From positions 4,453 to 68,452 of the forward strand of contig JBBRBD010000003.1 of assembly GCA_038206135.1 (NCBI GenBank): a DNA stretch of 64,000 nucleotides, written 5' to 3'. Shown piece after piece: positions 1-10,367 of this stretch (its first letter is position 1; each line of letters opens with the position of its first letter). Source of the DNA: Patescibacteria group bacterium. GTDB taxonomy: Bacteria; Patescibacteriota; Microgenomatia; UBA8517. The notes under the pieces were generated by a model, which did no database searches, had not been told where the DNA came from, and worked only from the letters and a program-made list of their open reading frames with translations. Position numbers and translations under genes: made by a program.

Positions 1-3000
1 AATTCTCTTGTATTAGATGCAACAACATCAATCGCATTTGGAGCTTCAAATTACAATTTTACCTTTACAAACAATGGAACTGGAAATGAAATCCACAACC
101 TAAGTTCAACTGGAGACTTACTTATTCAAGATAACGGCACAACATTTGCAACATTTAACAATGCAGGTGGAATTGATTTCAGCCCAAATGGCACAAGTAA
201 CCTAACAATCAATACAGACAGCGACTCTGCGCTTAAAGTTACGGGACTCGCCTCAGGTTCCGGTTCAGCAATTTGTATTGATGGAAGTAACAATATCGTA
301 ACCTGTACGACAGGTTCGGGTGGGTTGTCAGGGAGCGGTACAAGCGGTCAAATTGCTTATTTCAATGGAGCAACATCTGCAACTTCAGAAGCTAGCGGTT
401 TCAGCTGGGACGCAACGAATAATAGACTTGGAATCGGAACGGATACACCAAACGCAGTTTTGCACGTAAGTAGCGCCTCGATCGGAAAAGCACTTGCAAT
501 ATTTAATGAAACAGGTGACCAAGATATATTGACAGCAAGTGCTTCAGGCACAACAGTTTTTACAGTGGCACGCACAGGCCAAATAACTGCTAGTTCATCT
601 ACTGCAAATGCTGATAGTATCAAAATATCTCCAAATGCATCAGGTTCTAACACTTTCACGGGTACACTAACATCAGCTGATTTAACTGGAAATGTTACCT
701 GGACTCTCCCCGACTCATCTGGCACAGTAATCCTTTCAGGACACACATTTACAGGGGATGTTACGGGAACACTCGGAGCTGGTGGAACAACAGCACTTAC
801 TATTGCCGCCGACTCTGTTGCTCTTGGAACTGATACAACTGGAAACTACATAGCAAGTATTACCGGCAACAGCCAAGTTGCAGTCAGCGGCTCAGGATCA
901 GAGTCTGCTGCCGTTTCCCTTTCCATCAATGGAAACTCGATTGATACCGTACAACTGGCAAGTACCTTAACTTTTTCAGATGGCGACCTAATTGATCTTT
1001 CTTCAATAAATACGAGCTCAACAGTTGAAGGCTTACTATTACCTCAGGCAACAAGTTGCAGTGCCGGAACTGCCGAGGGTCAGGTTTGTTGGGACACAGA
1101 TAATGACTTCCTTTCTGTTGGAACAGGAAGTGGAACAGTAGCATTACTTGGAAGCACAAGCTCGTTGTTTACGCTTGCCGCAACATCTGGCTCATCACAA
1201 ACAATAAGCGCTGGAGACACGGCAACCATTGCAGCGGGTACTGGTATTACAACAACAGCAGGATCAACAGATACAGTCACAATTGCAGCAACACTCGGAA
1301 CCTCTATTTCAAATGCAGAAATAGATGCAAACACAATTAATTGGGATTCAATTGCAGATGCGATGACTCTTGATGCAAACACGAGTATTACCGCAGCTAG
1401 TGCTCTCTCACTCACCATTGGAAATAATGTAACACTCACAACCAGTGGTACAGGATCAATTGTCGCAACAGATCTGAGTTGTACTGACTGTGTTGCTTTA
1501 GGATCTGAAACAACCGGGAACTATGTAGCAACAGTGACCGGCAATAGCCAAGTTGCGGTCAGCGGCTCTGGATCTGAATCAGCTGGAATTTCCCTTTCAA
1601 TAAATAACAACTCAATTGACACAGCGCAACTTGCAAGCACACTTACCTTCGCTGACGGTGATTTATTAGATCTTTCTTCGATTAACACAAGCTCAACAAC
1701 CGAAGGTTTAAAGCTTCCCCAAAATGCAACAGCCTGTTCGAGTGGAACAGCGGAAGGCCAGGTTTGTTGGGATAGCAGTACAGACACGTTATATATTGGC
1801 AACGGAACGAGCGCCACTGCAGTTGGAGGCGGATCATCATTTACGAGCTTTACAGCAGCTGGTGACAGTGGAAGTAATCAGACTATCTCAAACGGTAACA
1901 CATTGAGTGTGCTTGGCGGTTCAAATGGAATTGACACAGTCGGCTCTGCTACCGACACAATCACCTTGAATCTGGATACGACTGAAATTGGCTCAACTAC
2001 TTTTGGCACTGGATCTGCAATCACCTGGACCTTTGATGCGTCAGGAGGAACTGACACGACCATTGCATTTGGAAATGATACTCAGACTTTTACTGCAGGC
2101 ACAGCTGCTTTTAGCGGAACGGTAAATCTTTCAAGCGGTGTACTTCAAACTGGAGGCACACAACGATTAAGTAATGCTGGAGCCCTCAGCAACATTACCG
2201 GTTTTACACAAACAAGTGGATCTTTTAATTCAACACTTTCTACGACAAACGCGGCGACATTCAACTCAAGTACTGCAAATTCTGACAGTTTAGCGCTCCT
2301 TCCTCAATCAACCGTAAATACCAACAGCTTCACAGGGACAATTACAACAGTGGATCTTACCGCAGCACGTACATGGACACTTCCAGATGCAACCGGAACC
2401 GTGTGTTTAACAACAGGCAACTGTGCAGGCTCAGGAGGAGGAATTACTGGGTCTGGAACATCAGGTCAGATTGCATTTTTTAATGGAGCGGGAACAATAA
2501 CATCAGAGTCAACAGGTTTTTCTTGGGATGCGACAAATAAAAAACTAGGAATTGGAACAGATACTCCGAATGGACTACTTCAGGTAACAGGTGCAGCTGT
2601 TGGAAAGTCCCTTGCAATATTTAATGAAACTGGAGATCAGAACATATTGACGGCAAGCGCTTCTGGCACAACCGTTGCATCAATTGATAGAACCGGACAG
2701 ATTACTTTGAATACAACTACAGCAAATGCAGATAAACTCGCTCTTGTTGGTAATGCGACAGGTAGTAACTCGTTTACAGGCACAGTCACACCGACAGATC
2801 TTACTGCTAACAGAACATATACACTTCCAGACGCAACGGGTGACTTTTGTTTGAGTAGTGGAAACTGTGCCGGAGTTGGTGGAGTTGGAAATGTGAGTGG
2901 TCCAGGCTCTTCGACAGACAATGCAATTGCAAGGTTTGATTTAGCAACTGGAAAGATTATTAAAAACAGCGGTGTAATTATTGATAACTCAAACAACATT

Positions 3001-6000
3001 ACAGGAATAAATTCAATAGACACAATCTCGACGAGCGCAACTGCGCTTGGATTCGCAGGTGCTGGAACAATTACATCAACTGGAACAAGTGCACTCACCC
3101 TCGATTCAGGCACAACAGGGGTAGTTAATATTGCTACAGGAACCAGTGGCAAGACAATTAACATTGCAACGGACAATACAAATGCAGATACCATAAACAT
3201 TGGGTCAGCTCTCGACAGTGTCGCAGTTCTCGGAACAAGTACAATTACAGGGGCTACTACGGTAAATGGATCTGGTTCAGCCGCCACAAATATTGGAACT
3301 GGCACAAGTACCGGTACAATCACCATAGGTAGAGTCACTGGAACTGATCTTGCTTTGAATGATGCAAACTGGAATGTTACAGGAGCAGGCGCCGCGAACT
3401 TTGTTAGTTTTGGTGCAACAACTCCAGGCACTGGAGCATTCACGACCCTTTCTTCAACTGGTAACACAACAATCGGAGATGCAAACTCAGATACCTTAAC
3501 AATTAATGCAGGGAGTTCAGGGACAGGAATTATTCTTGCCGATACGAGCTTTGCAAATTGTTCTACCCTCTCAACAGTTTCAAACATAGTTACTTGTGGG
3601 GCAGCTGGAGGCAGTATGAGCAGTTTTACCGCTGCAGGCGACACAGGAACACCTCAAACAATATCAGACAGTAACACTCTCTCTATTGTCGGAGGGACAA
3701 ACGGTATCGACACAGTAGCAAGTGCAACAGATACTATTACATTAAATCTTGATACCACTGAGATTGGTTCAACTACATTTGGAACTGGAAGCGCTTCTAC
3801 TTGGACATTCGATGCTTCTGCTGGAACAGATACTACAATTGCTTTTGGAAATGATACACAAACATTTACAACAGGAACTGCGACCTTCACGGGAAACGTT
3901 GCAGTAAACGGTGGATCTTTAACTACAACTGCTAGTACCGCCACTTTATTTAACACAAATGCAGCGACGCTTTCAATTGGTGGTGCCTCCACTACAGCAC
4001 TTAACATTGGAACTGGAAACACTGCATACACTGCAATTAACTTGGGTACTGGAACTGGAGGAAACGCTATTAACATTGGAACAAACAACACAAATGCTGA
4101 CACCATTGGAATTGGAAGTGCACTTGATACCCTTACAATTGCTGGCACTACAGGGGTGACGGGTGCTACTACAATTAACGGGTCTGGTTCATCAGCCACA
4201 AATATCGGGACAGGAACCTCAACTGGAACTATTACGATTGGCAGAGTCACTGGAACAGACCTCGCTTTGAATGATGCAAACTGGAATATTACTGGAGCAG
4301 GTGCCGCGAACTTTGTTAGTGTTGGTGCAACAACTCCGGGCACTGGAGCATTCACAACGCTCTCTAGTACAGGAGCCACAACAATTGGAAACAATTCGTC
4401 TACAGTCGCGATTGACTCGACTTCATGGGATATTTCAAGTGCTGGTGTTGCTTCTGGATTTACAGGTCTCACTTCAAGCGGAACAATCAATTTTTCTGGG
4501 CTTACTGCTTCAAGTGGTGTGTATACCGATGGAAGTAAAAACTTAACATCAACAGCACCTACTTCTGGAACACTTGGATACTGGAGTAGAACTGGAACAA
4601 CACTTTCTCCTTCTAATGCGGGTGACGCTGTAACCACCACCGGAAACATTTCAACAACAAGTACTGGAACTATTACTTCAGCTGGACTTCTAACTGGACA
4701 ACTCGGACTCACGGCAAGTGGAGCTGCGATAAACTTAAACGCTGCAAGTAACTTTGTAACCAACATCAACACTGGTAGTTCAACTGGAAGTGTAACAATC
4801 GGTGGTGGTTCAAATGCACTTGCAACAAATTCAACAACACTTGATATGGCTGCAACAGGGGCTATTCAAATCAACTCATCGGCAGGAACAATTGGAATTG
4901 GTAACAATGCAGTTGCACAAGCTATTAACATTGGAACAGGAGCTGCAGCCAGAACAATTACCATAGGAAACAATACTGGTGCAAGTGCACTCGCCTTAAC
5001 TTCAGGAACTGGTTCTCAGTCTTTCACCAGTTCTGCAACCACAAATAATGCATTTGCATTTGTTGATAATGCGTTAACTTCAGCAAACTTATTGGCTTTG
5101 TCCTCCACTTCAACTGCACTTACGAGTGGAAAAATTGGCTCATTCGATTGGAGCCCGACAAGTGCAACAACTGCAACAGGAGACTTGTTTAATATAAACA
5201 TTGGAGCAAACGGAACAACAACTGGGAACATCTTCTCAGTATCTGACTCTGGGTCAAATCTCTTTACAGTTTCTGAAACGGGTATTACGGCAAATGTACC
5301 AGCATCATTTACCTCTGCAGGTGATGTCTCTATGGCGTATGACTTGCAATTTACAAATCAAACTGCAAGTTATATCAAAAGTAAAGCTCCCCTCTACATC
5401 GATACCGGAGAAAGTTTTGAGAGTAATGATCTAACACTGAGAACATATAATTCAGGAAAGATTGTCCTTGATAATGTAAGTGGTGGATATGCCACTTTAA
5501 GTTTTGCCACAAAAGCAACGACAGGTGACCCATCAACTTGTGCGATTGGAGATGTGTACTTTAATAGTACTGATGCCACAATCAAAGCTTGTACAACGGT
5601 AAACACATGGGCAACCCTTAATGGTGCCGCTGGTGGAACAATCACCGGATCTGGAACTACTGGAACACTTCCAAAATTCACAAGCGGAACTGCAATTGGT
5701 GACTCACTGATTTCTGAATCCGGATCAACAATTTCACTCAGTACAGCGGCAACAATCACTGCAAGTTCACTTGCTACATTTACAAGCTCAACGGCACTTA
5801 GTCTGAATCCAAATACAGGCACTTCATATACGCTCGGAACAACGGCAACAACATTGGATCTATTCAACGCAACACCAACAACTATCAACTTTGGCGGTGC
5901 AGCAACAACTGCCTTAAATATAGGTAACGGAAGTGGCGCATACACTGCAATTAACCTCGGTTCTGGAAGTGGCACACATACAATTAACATTGCAGGCACA

Positions 6001-8883
6001 GGTGCAACATCTGCAGACACAGTGAACATTGGAACAGGTGGAACTTCAGCCGATACTATTAACATTGGAGGCAATGCTTCAACAACTGCTTTGAACTTAA
6101 CATCAGGAACGGGCGCACAAACATTCAGGAGCTCTGTTGCAACTGGTACAACAACAAGTGCTGCTTGGGTATTTAATGATACTGCTTTGACTTCAGGAAC
6201 AGGTTTATATTTGACTTCTTCTGGTTCAAGTCAAACATCAGACAAGCTTGTCGACATCTCCCAGTCAGGAGTTACAACAGGGTTCACTGGTAACTTACTT
6301 AATCTTAATTCGACAAGCACAACGGGTGCAGCAACATTTATAAATCTTACGGCAAACGCTTCCACAGTTGGAACTGGAGAAAGTATTGCAATGAATGCGC
6401 TTACAACCGGTAAAGTGCTTGGGTTGAGTAGTAGCTCAACTGCAATCACAACTGCTGGCTCAAACATAGGCTCACTCCTCGACTTAACAGCAAGTGGTGC
6501 AATGACTGCATTTACTGGCTCAATTGCAAACATTAACGTCGCAAACGCAAGTAACGCAGGAGACACTGGAAACGCACTTAACATTAACCTTGGTGGCGCT
6601 GCTCAAATAATGAAAGCTCTAAACATTGCAGATGCTACAACTGGAAACCTTTCAACAACTGGTGCTGTTGCAATCAGTATGAGTGGCGCCCACACCGGAA
6701 CTGCAATCGCTGTCACAGATGCGACTGCTACTGGAAAAATCCAAACGCTTATCGGCAATAGTCTTACCTCGGGCACCGCAGTACAAATTAGTTCCACGGC
6801 AACCGGACTAACTACTGCAGGTTCAAATATTGGCTCGCTATTTGACATTACGGAAAGTGGTGCAATGACTGCTATGACTGGAAACATTGCAAACATAAAT
6901 CTTTCTGGAGCAAATGCTGTCGGTTCAACTGGAAACGCACTTAACATTAACATCGCAGGAACTGCGCAACTCATGAAAGGTATTAGCTTTACTGATGCAA
7001 CTACTGGAAACCTTGGAACAACAGCAGGTACCAGTGGTGGAGTGTTATTCTCATTTACAGGGGCACATACCGGATATGGACTTCAGGTTTCAGATGCAAC
7101 AGCAACTGGAACGGCATTTGCATTGAATGCAAACTCACTTACTTCTGGAGTCGGTCAAAGTATTCTCTCAACAGCAACTGGAGTAACATCAGGTAACTTA
7201 CTGAGCTCATCTCTGACTGGTGCATCTGCTTTTACCGGAAATCTTAATTATTTTGATTGGACTCCTGGAAGCTCAACAACTGCAACAGGAGATTTACTCC
7301 GTGTTCATATTGGAGCAAACGGATCAACAAGTGGATATCTATTCAATGTTGTAGATGATACAACTTCTGACTTCTCTGTTTCAGAAACACAAATCACCAG
7401 TGCGTTGCCACATCAGTTCACGGCAGCTGGTGACGTTTCAATGGCATACGATCTACAATTCACAAATCAAACTGCAAGCTATATTAAAAGTAATGCACCA
7501 CTCTACTTACAAGCTGGAGAGACGTTTGAAAACAACAATTTAACATTACAAACGTATGGAACGGGTGCCATAGTTTCAAGTGGTAAATTCTCATTCGGTT
7601 CGCAAAACACGCTTACTGCAAATAGCACTACCCCATCTGTAACTACTGGCGACTATTTTGTCACGGCAAATACATCCACTACACTTATTTCAAACTTCAC
7701 CAGTGGAACAGTGGGTCAAGAGATTTTTGTAAACATTGCCGATGCAAACACAGATTTTGATTGTACAAGTTCAAATATTGCTTGCGGAACTACAGATATC
7801 ACAACCCCTGCAAGCGGTGACATCCTACACTTTATCTATGATGGAACAAATTGGTCGCTCCTTGGCTGGATGCGAAATACAGCAAATAACAGTAACCCAA
7901 CAAACGGTGTTGACTTGGCAGAGTTCTATCCAAGTTCAGAATCACTTCAGGCTGCTGATGTAATTAGTGTAGATTCAACAAATCCAGTCACCATTAAAAA
8001 GGCTACAGATGCAGACGGTCAAAAGGTGTTTGGAGTAATTTCAACCCAGCCAGGGCTTATTCTCGGTGAAGATGCAGTGAACTCATATAAAGTTGCTCTT
8101 GCCGGACGGGTCCCAGTAGCAATCGATCCAGCTTCAGAGACAATTCAAGCTGGCGACCTGATTGGAGCCTCGAGTGTGTCAGGGAAAGCAAAGAAAGTAA
8201 CAAGCGGATATATCATCGGACGTGCCTTAGAGGCTTGGACCACAGGTTCGTCAAATCAACTAACAGTATTCGTGAATCCAATTTATGTGAACGGTGACTC
8301 AATTGATAACAGTCAGTTTGACTCTAGACTCACTACACTTGAGAACAATTTTGCTACGGTAAGCGCTTCACTCACCGCTTCAGCAAGTGGAGTGCTCGCA
8401 AACTTTAGTGATGTACATACAAATACTCTTTCAGTACTTGGAGACTCTACACTTTCTGATACAGTTATCAATGGTAAGTTGAATGTGGGAGCTATGGTAT
8501 TTGATAATGTAGATCAAAGTATCAATGCAATTGGCACTTTAAAGATTCAAAGCCTTGCACTTGGGAATATAGAGCTTGAAAATGGACTCGTTACGATTGA
8601 CACACTTGGTAATGTTGTAGTGAATACAATAACTGCTCAGAAGTACAAAGTAGCAGGAACTTCTGCAGGAACAAACACAATGGGCGCTGGTACCAACCAA
8701 GTTACTATAAATACAACTGCGGTCACTGCAAACTCGCTCATCTTTGTAACACCGAAGAAGACTATTGCTCACCCAATGGCTGTAACTCAGAAAGTAGATG
8801 GTACGAGCTTTACCGTTTCAATAAGCAGTATCGAACTGCAAGACATTGAATTCGACTGGTGGATAGTCGACAAGACTAACTGA
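1..8883 (+). CDS. Giant repetitive cell-surface protein, 5'-partial (>2,950 aa). Thr/Gly/Ser/Asn-rich and probably beta-helical or fibrous. Several internally duplicated ~100-130 aa modules plus a distinct C-terminal domain.
   Basis: The 325..8883 ORF begins at TTG, but the same frame stays open and compositionally identical back to nt 1, so the gene continues upstream of the window. Duplicated modules include SGQIA[YF]FNG...FSWDATN..LGIGTDTPN (nt ~325 and ~2447) and LG.[DE]TTGNY[IV]A..TGNSQVAVSGSGSES...TAEGQVCWD (nt ~820 and ~1495). Further pairs are SFTAAGD..QTIS...TITLNLDTTEIGSTTFGTGSA (nt ~1843 and ~3619) and VSMAYDLQFTNQTASYIKS.APLY (nt ~5330 and ~7440). There are paired Cys motifs (CLTTGNCAG). 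The protein has essentially no hydrophobic core segments and no LPXTG motif. Confidence 0.8.
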   Translation, partial: NSLVLDATTSIAFGASNYNFTFTNNGTGNEIHNLSSTGDLLIQDNGTTFATFNNAGGIDFSPNGTSNLTINTDSDSALKVTGLASGSGSAICIDGSNNIVTCTTGSGGLSGSGTSGQIAYFNGATSATSEASGFSWDATNNRLGIGTDTPNAVLHVSSASIGKALAIFNETGDQDILTASASGTTVFTVARTGQITASSSTANADSIKISPNASGSNTFTGTLTSADLTGNVTWTLPDSSGTVILSGHTFTGDVTGTLGAGGTTALTIAADSVALGTDTTGNYIASITGNSQVAVSGSGSESAAVSLSINGNSIDTVQLASTLTFSDGDLIDLSSINTSSTVEGLLLPQATSCSAGTAEGQVCWDTDNDFLSVGTGSGTVALLGSTSSLFTLAATSGSSQTISAGDTATIAAGTGITTTAGSTDTVTIAATLGTSISNAEIDANTINWDSIADAMTLDANTSITAASALSLTIGNNVTLTTSGTGSIVATDLSCTDCVALGSETTGNYVATVTGNSQVAVSGSGSESAGISLSINNNSIDTAQLASTLTFADGDLLDLSSINTSSTTEGLKLPQNATACSSGTAEGQVCWDSSTDTLYIGNGTSATAVGGGSSFTSFTAAGDSGSNQTISNGNTLSVLGGSNGIDTVGSATDTITLNLDTTEIGSTTFGTGSAITWTFDASGGTDTTIAFGNDTQTFTAGTAAFSGTVNLSSGVLQTGGTQRLSNAGALSNITGFTQTSGSFNSTLSTTNAATFNSSTANSDSLALLPQSTVNTNSFTGTITTVDLTAARTWTLPDATGTVCLTTGNCAGSGGGITGSGTSGQIAFFNGAGTITSESTGFSWDATNKKLGIGTDTPNGLLQVTGAAVGKSLAIFNETGDQNILTASASGTTVASIDRTGQITLNTTTANADKLALVGNATGSNSFTGTVTPTDLTANRTYTLPDATGDFCLSSGNCAGVGGVGNVSGPGSSTDNAIARFDLATGKIIKNSGVIIDNSNNITGINSIDTISTSATALGFAGAGTITSTGTSALTLDSGTTGVVNIATGTSGKTINIATDNTNADTINIGSALDSVAVLGTSTITGATTVNGSGSAATNIGTGTSTGTITIGRVTGTDLALNDANWNVTGAGAANFVSFGATTPGTGAFTTLSSTGNTTIGDANSDTLTINAGSSGTGIILADTSFANCSTLSTVSNIVTCGAAGGSMSSFTAAGDTGTPQTISDSNTLSIVGGTNGIDTVASATDTITLNLDTTEIGSTTFGTGSASTWTFDASAGTDTTIAFGNDTQTFTTGTATFTGNVAVNGGSLTTTASTATLFNTNAATLSIGGASTTALNIGTGNTAYTAINLGTGTGGNAINIGTNNTNADTIGIGSALDTLTIAGTTGVTGATTINGSGSSATNIGTGTSTGTITIGRVTGTDLALNDANWNITGAGAANFVSVGATTPGTGAFTTLSSTGATTIGNNSSTVAIDSTSWDISSAGVASGFTGLTSSGTINFSGLTASSGVYTDGSKNLTSTAPTSGTLGYWSRTGTTLSPSNAGDAVTTTGNISTTSTGTITSAGLLTGQLGLTASGAAINLNAASNFVTNINTGSSTGSVTIGGGSNALATNSTTLDMAATGAIQINSSAGTIGIGNNAVAQAINIGTGAAARTITIGNNTGASALALTSGTGSQSFTSSATTNNAFAFVDNALTSANLLALSSTSTALTSGKIGSFDWSPTSATTATGDLFNINIGANGTTTGNIFSVSDSGSNLFTVSETGITANVPASFTSAGDVSMAYDLQFTNQTASYIKSKAPLYIDTGESFESNDLTLRTYNSGKIVLDNVSGGYATLSFATKATTGDPSTCAIGDVYFNSTDATIKACTTVNTWATLNGAAGGTITGSGTTGTLPKFTSGTAIGDSLISESGSTISLSTAATITASSLATFTSSTALSLNPNTGTSYTLGTTATTLDLFNATPTTINFGGAATTALNIGNGSGAYTAINLGSGSGTHTINIAGTGATSADTVNIGTGGTSADTINIGGNASTTALNLTSGTGAQTFRSSVATGTTTSAAWVFNDTALTSGTGLYLTSSGSSQTSDKLVDISQSGVTTGFTGNLLNLNSTSTTGAATFINLTANASTVGTGESIAMNALTTGKVLGLSSSSTAITTAGSNIGSLLDLTASGAMTAFTGSIANINVANASNAGDTGNALNINLGGAAQIMKALNIADATTGNLSTTGAVAISMSGAHTGTAIAVTDATATGKIQTLIGNSLTSGTAVQISSTATGLTTAGSNIGSLFDITESGAMTAMTGNIANINLSGANAVGSTGNALNINIAGTAQLMKGISFTDATTGNLGTTAGTSGGVLFSFTGAHTGYGLQVSDATATGTAFALNANSLTSGVGQSILSTATGVTSGNLLSSSLTGASAFTGNLNYFDWTPGSSTTATGDLLRVHIGANGSTSGYLFNVVDDTTSDFSVSETQITSALPHQFTAAGDVSMAYDLQFTNQTASYIKSNAPLYLQAGETFENNNLTLQTYGTGAIVSSGKFSFGSQNTLTANSTTPSVTTGDYFVTANTSTTLISNFTSGTVGQEIFVNIADANTDFDCTSSNIACGTTDITTPASGDILHFIYDGTNWSLLGWMRNTANNSNPTNGVDLAEFYPSSESLQAADVISVDSTNPVTIKKATDADGQKVFGVISTQPGLILGEDAVNSYKVALAGRVPVAIDPASETIQAGDLIGASSVSGKAKKVTSGYIIGRALEAWTTGSSNQLTVFVNPIYVNGDSIDNSQFDSRLTTLENNFATVSASLTASASGVLANFSDVHTNTLSVLGDSTLSDTVINGKLNVGAMVFDNVDQSINAIGTLKIQSLALGNIELENGLVTIDTLGNVVVNTITAQKYKVAGTSAGTNTMGAGTNQVTINTTAVTANSLIFVTPKKTIAHPMAVTQKVDGTSFTVSISSIELQDIEFDWWIVDKTN
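3194..3478 (+). repeat. Intragenic repeat unit D1 inside the giant surface-protein gene (~85% nt identity to D2)
   Basis: Protein segment INIGSALDSVAVLGTSTITGATTVNGSGSAATNIGTGTSTGTITIGRVTGTDLALNDANWNVTGAGAANFVSFGATTPGTGAFTTLSSTGNTTIG. The DNA is almost the same as 4106..4390. Confidence 0.8.
4106..4390 (+). repeat. Intragenic repeat unit D2 (copy of D1)
   Basis: Protein segment IGIGSALDTLTIAGTTGVTGATTINGSGSSATNIGTGTSTGTITIGRVTGTDLALNDANWNITGAGAANFVSVGATTPGTGAFTTLSSTGATTIG. There are long runs of identical nucleotides shared with 3194..3478. Confidence 0.8.
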
Positions 8884-9207
8884 TAAATAGATATACTTCC
8901 TCAATATGAAGTAATGATCGATTTATATAAACAATGCAGTAACCACATACTTCGTCAGGTAGTTTGCATTAAGTATCATCACTTCATTTATCGAATGTAA
9001 CTTCTACCTACTGTTTTAGAATATAGTATTTTTAATACTTAGAATATCTTTATGTATATTAATATATAAAAGTATGCGAATCTATCTCAAAGTAACACAG
9101 GTCTGTTGTTGTCTTAAGATGCGTAAATTCAATGTTGTTGGTTGCTAACAATAGCTTAATTACAAAAAATGCTAACACTGAGAACTTCTCTATCCAATAA
9201 TAGTACT

Positions 9208-9233
9208 CCCCGGACTCACGTCCGGGGTTTCTT
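9208..9233 (+). terminator. Rho-independent terminator: 8-bp GC stem CCCCGGAC/GTCCGGGG, 4-nt loop, TTTCTT tail
   Basis: Read directly in the sequence: ccccggac tcac gtccgggg tttctt. It lies ~325 nt downstream of the giant gene's stop. The T-tract is on the plus strand only, so the terminator is unidirectional. Confidence 0.6.
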
Positions 9234-10367
9234 GAATAACATCATTCGAATTCAAGCCTAGATTGTTTTGGGAGTTCTTCTTTCCCTTGATATTCAATAT
9301 ATCGGCGGAACAACTCCTCGTTGAGGCAAATGGTAAAAGAAAAGTATCCAACACTCCAAATACTCCTCTCCAGATACATACGCCGAATGAATGGGTATCT
9401 CTCATTCAGTGCTCGGCACTTTAAATCTTCAGGAGCAAAGCTTATCGAATATTAAAACACTCAAATGACGAATAAGGTTTTTAATAACATAGATATCTAT
9501 AGAATGAAACCAAAACTCTCAAGGCTGCCTCTTTAGAAGAAAAAAACCAATATGAATTGGGAAAGCAAAAAAAGTATACAAGAATAGTATGCATACACAA
9601 AAGATATGAAGTTTCAAAAATTGTGAAAATTAAATATTTTTATAATCTTTGGGGTTTATTGTTTAAAGAAATATACTTGAGCACCTCACTTTTTTTAATT
9701 TTTGATAAATTTCAAGTAAATTAAAAAAAAACAGGCTTCACAAAATGCGTTTTAAGATACTTGTTTTTACATATATGAGTGGTTAGTCGTTTCAGTAAAT
9801 GCGAAAATTTGAATAATTCGAACCTACAGCTCCATTCAACGAATTGTCTCGACAAGAATTTACTACTCAAATTAATCAATAGCAATCGCTAGTCAAAGAT
9901 AAACTCAAAATGCCCAATATTTATTTCCAGTAATACAAATTCTCATATATTCAGACTGCTAGATACTGGGTATTTGATTGATTTCCAACGAGGGTCGTCA
10001 AAATAATTCATACCTAATTCAAGAAAAGATGTATACAGAAAAACACAAACACTTTTATTACCCAGAGAGGCTCAAGTCCCCGAACTGCAGCCACAATACT
10101 GAAAACAGTGTCGCTTTTGCGAGCTGAAACGTCATGTGAAGTATAAATTAAAAACAAACTTCTTATTAAATCTATTGATTGAAATTTTTTAGAAAATACT
10201 TTTTATTACTCAATCTTACAATTAAATTCGATAAAATAGGTGTTAGACGACAAATACAAATATATTAAATTTAGACAGGATTCGTGCTTGGACAGGTTTG
10301 CGTTTTTCCTGTATCTTTTAAGTGAGGACATTGCTCCTCTGGTTTTGTTTGGAAGAAAAATCTTTCT

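Noticed and set aside
3194-4390. Considered whether the near-identical repeats could be a CRISPR array or IS element
   Set aside because: The repeat units are ~285 nt, in frame, and coding within a single ORF. There are no short direct repeats with unique spacers and no transposase.
357-8772. Numerous 60-370 aa minus-strand and off-frame ORFs inside the giant gene (e.g. 357..746, 2637..3644, 3654..4772, 5394..6074)
   Set aside because: These are antisense or shifted-frame readings of Thr/Gly/Ser codon repeats. They translate to Val/Pro/Ala-rich low-complexity strings and are fully nested in a far longer, internally consistent ORF.
9190-9405. 71-aa minus-strand ORF in the 1.5 kb spacer
   Set aside because: It overlaps the terminator hairpin. 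It has no SD or start context and no coding-like composition relative to its surroundings. It is likely spurious.
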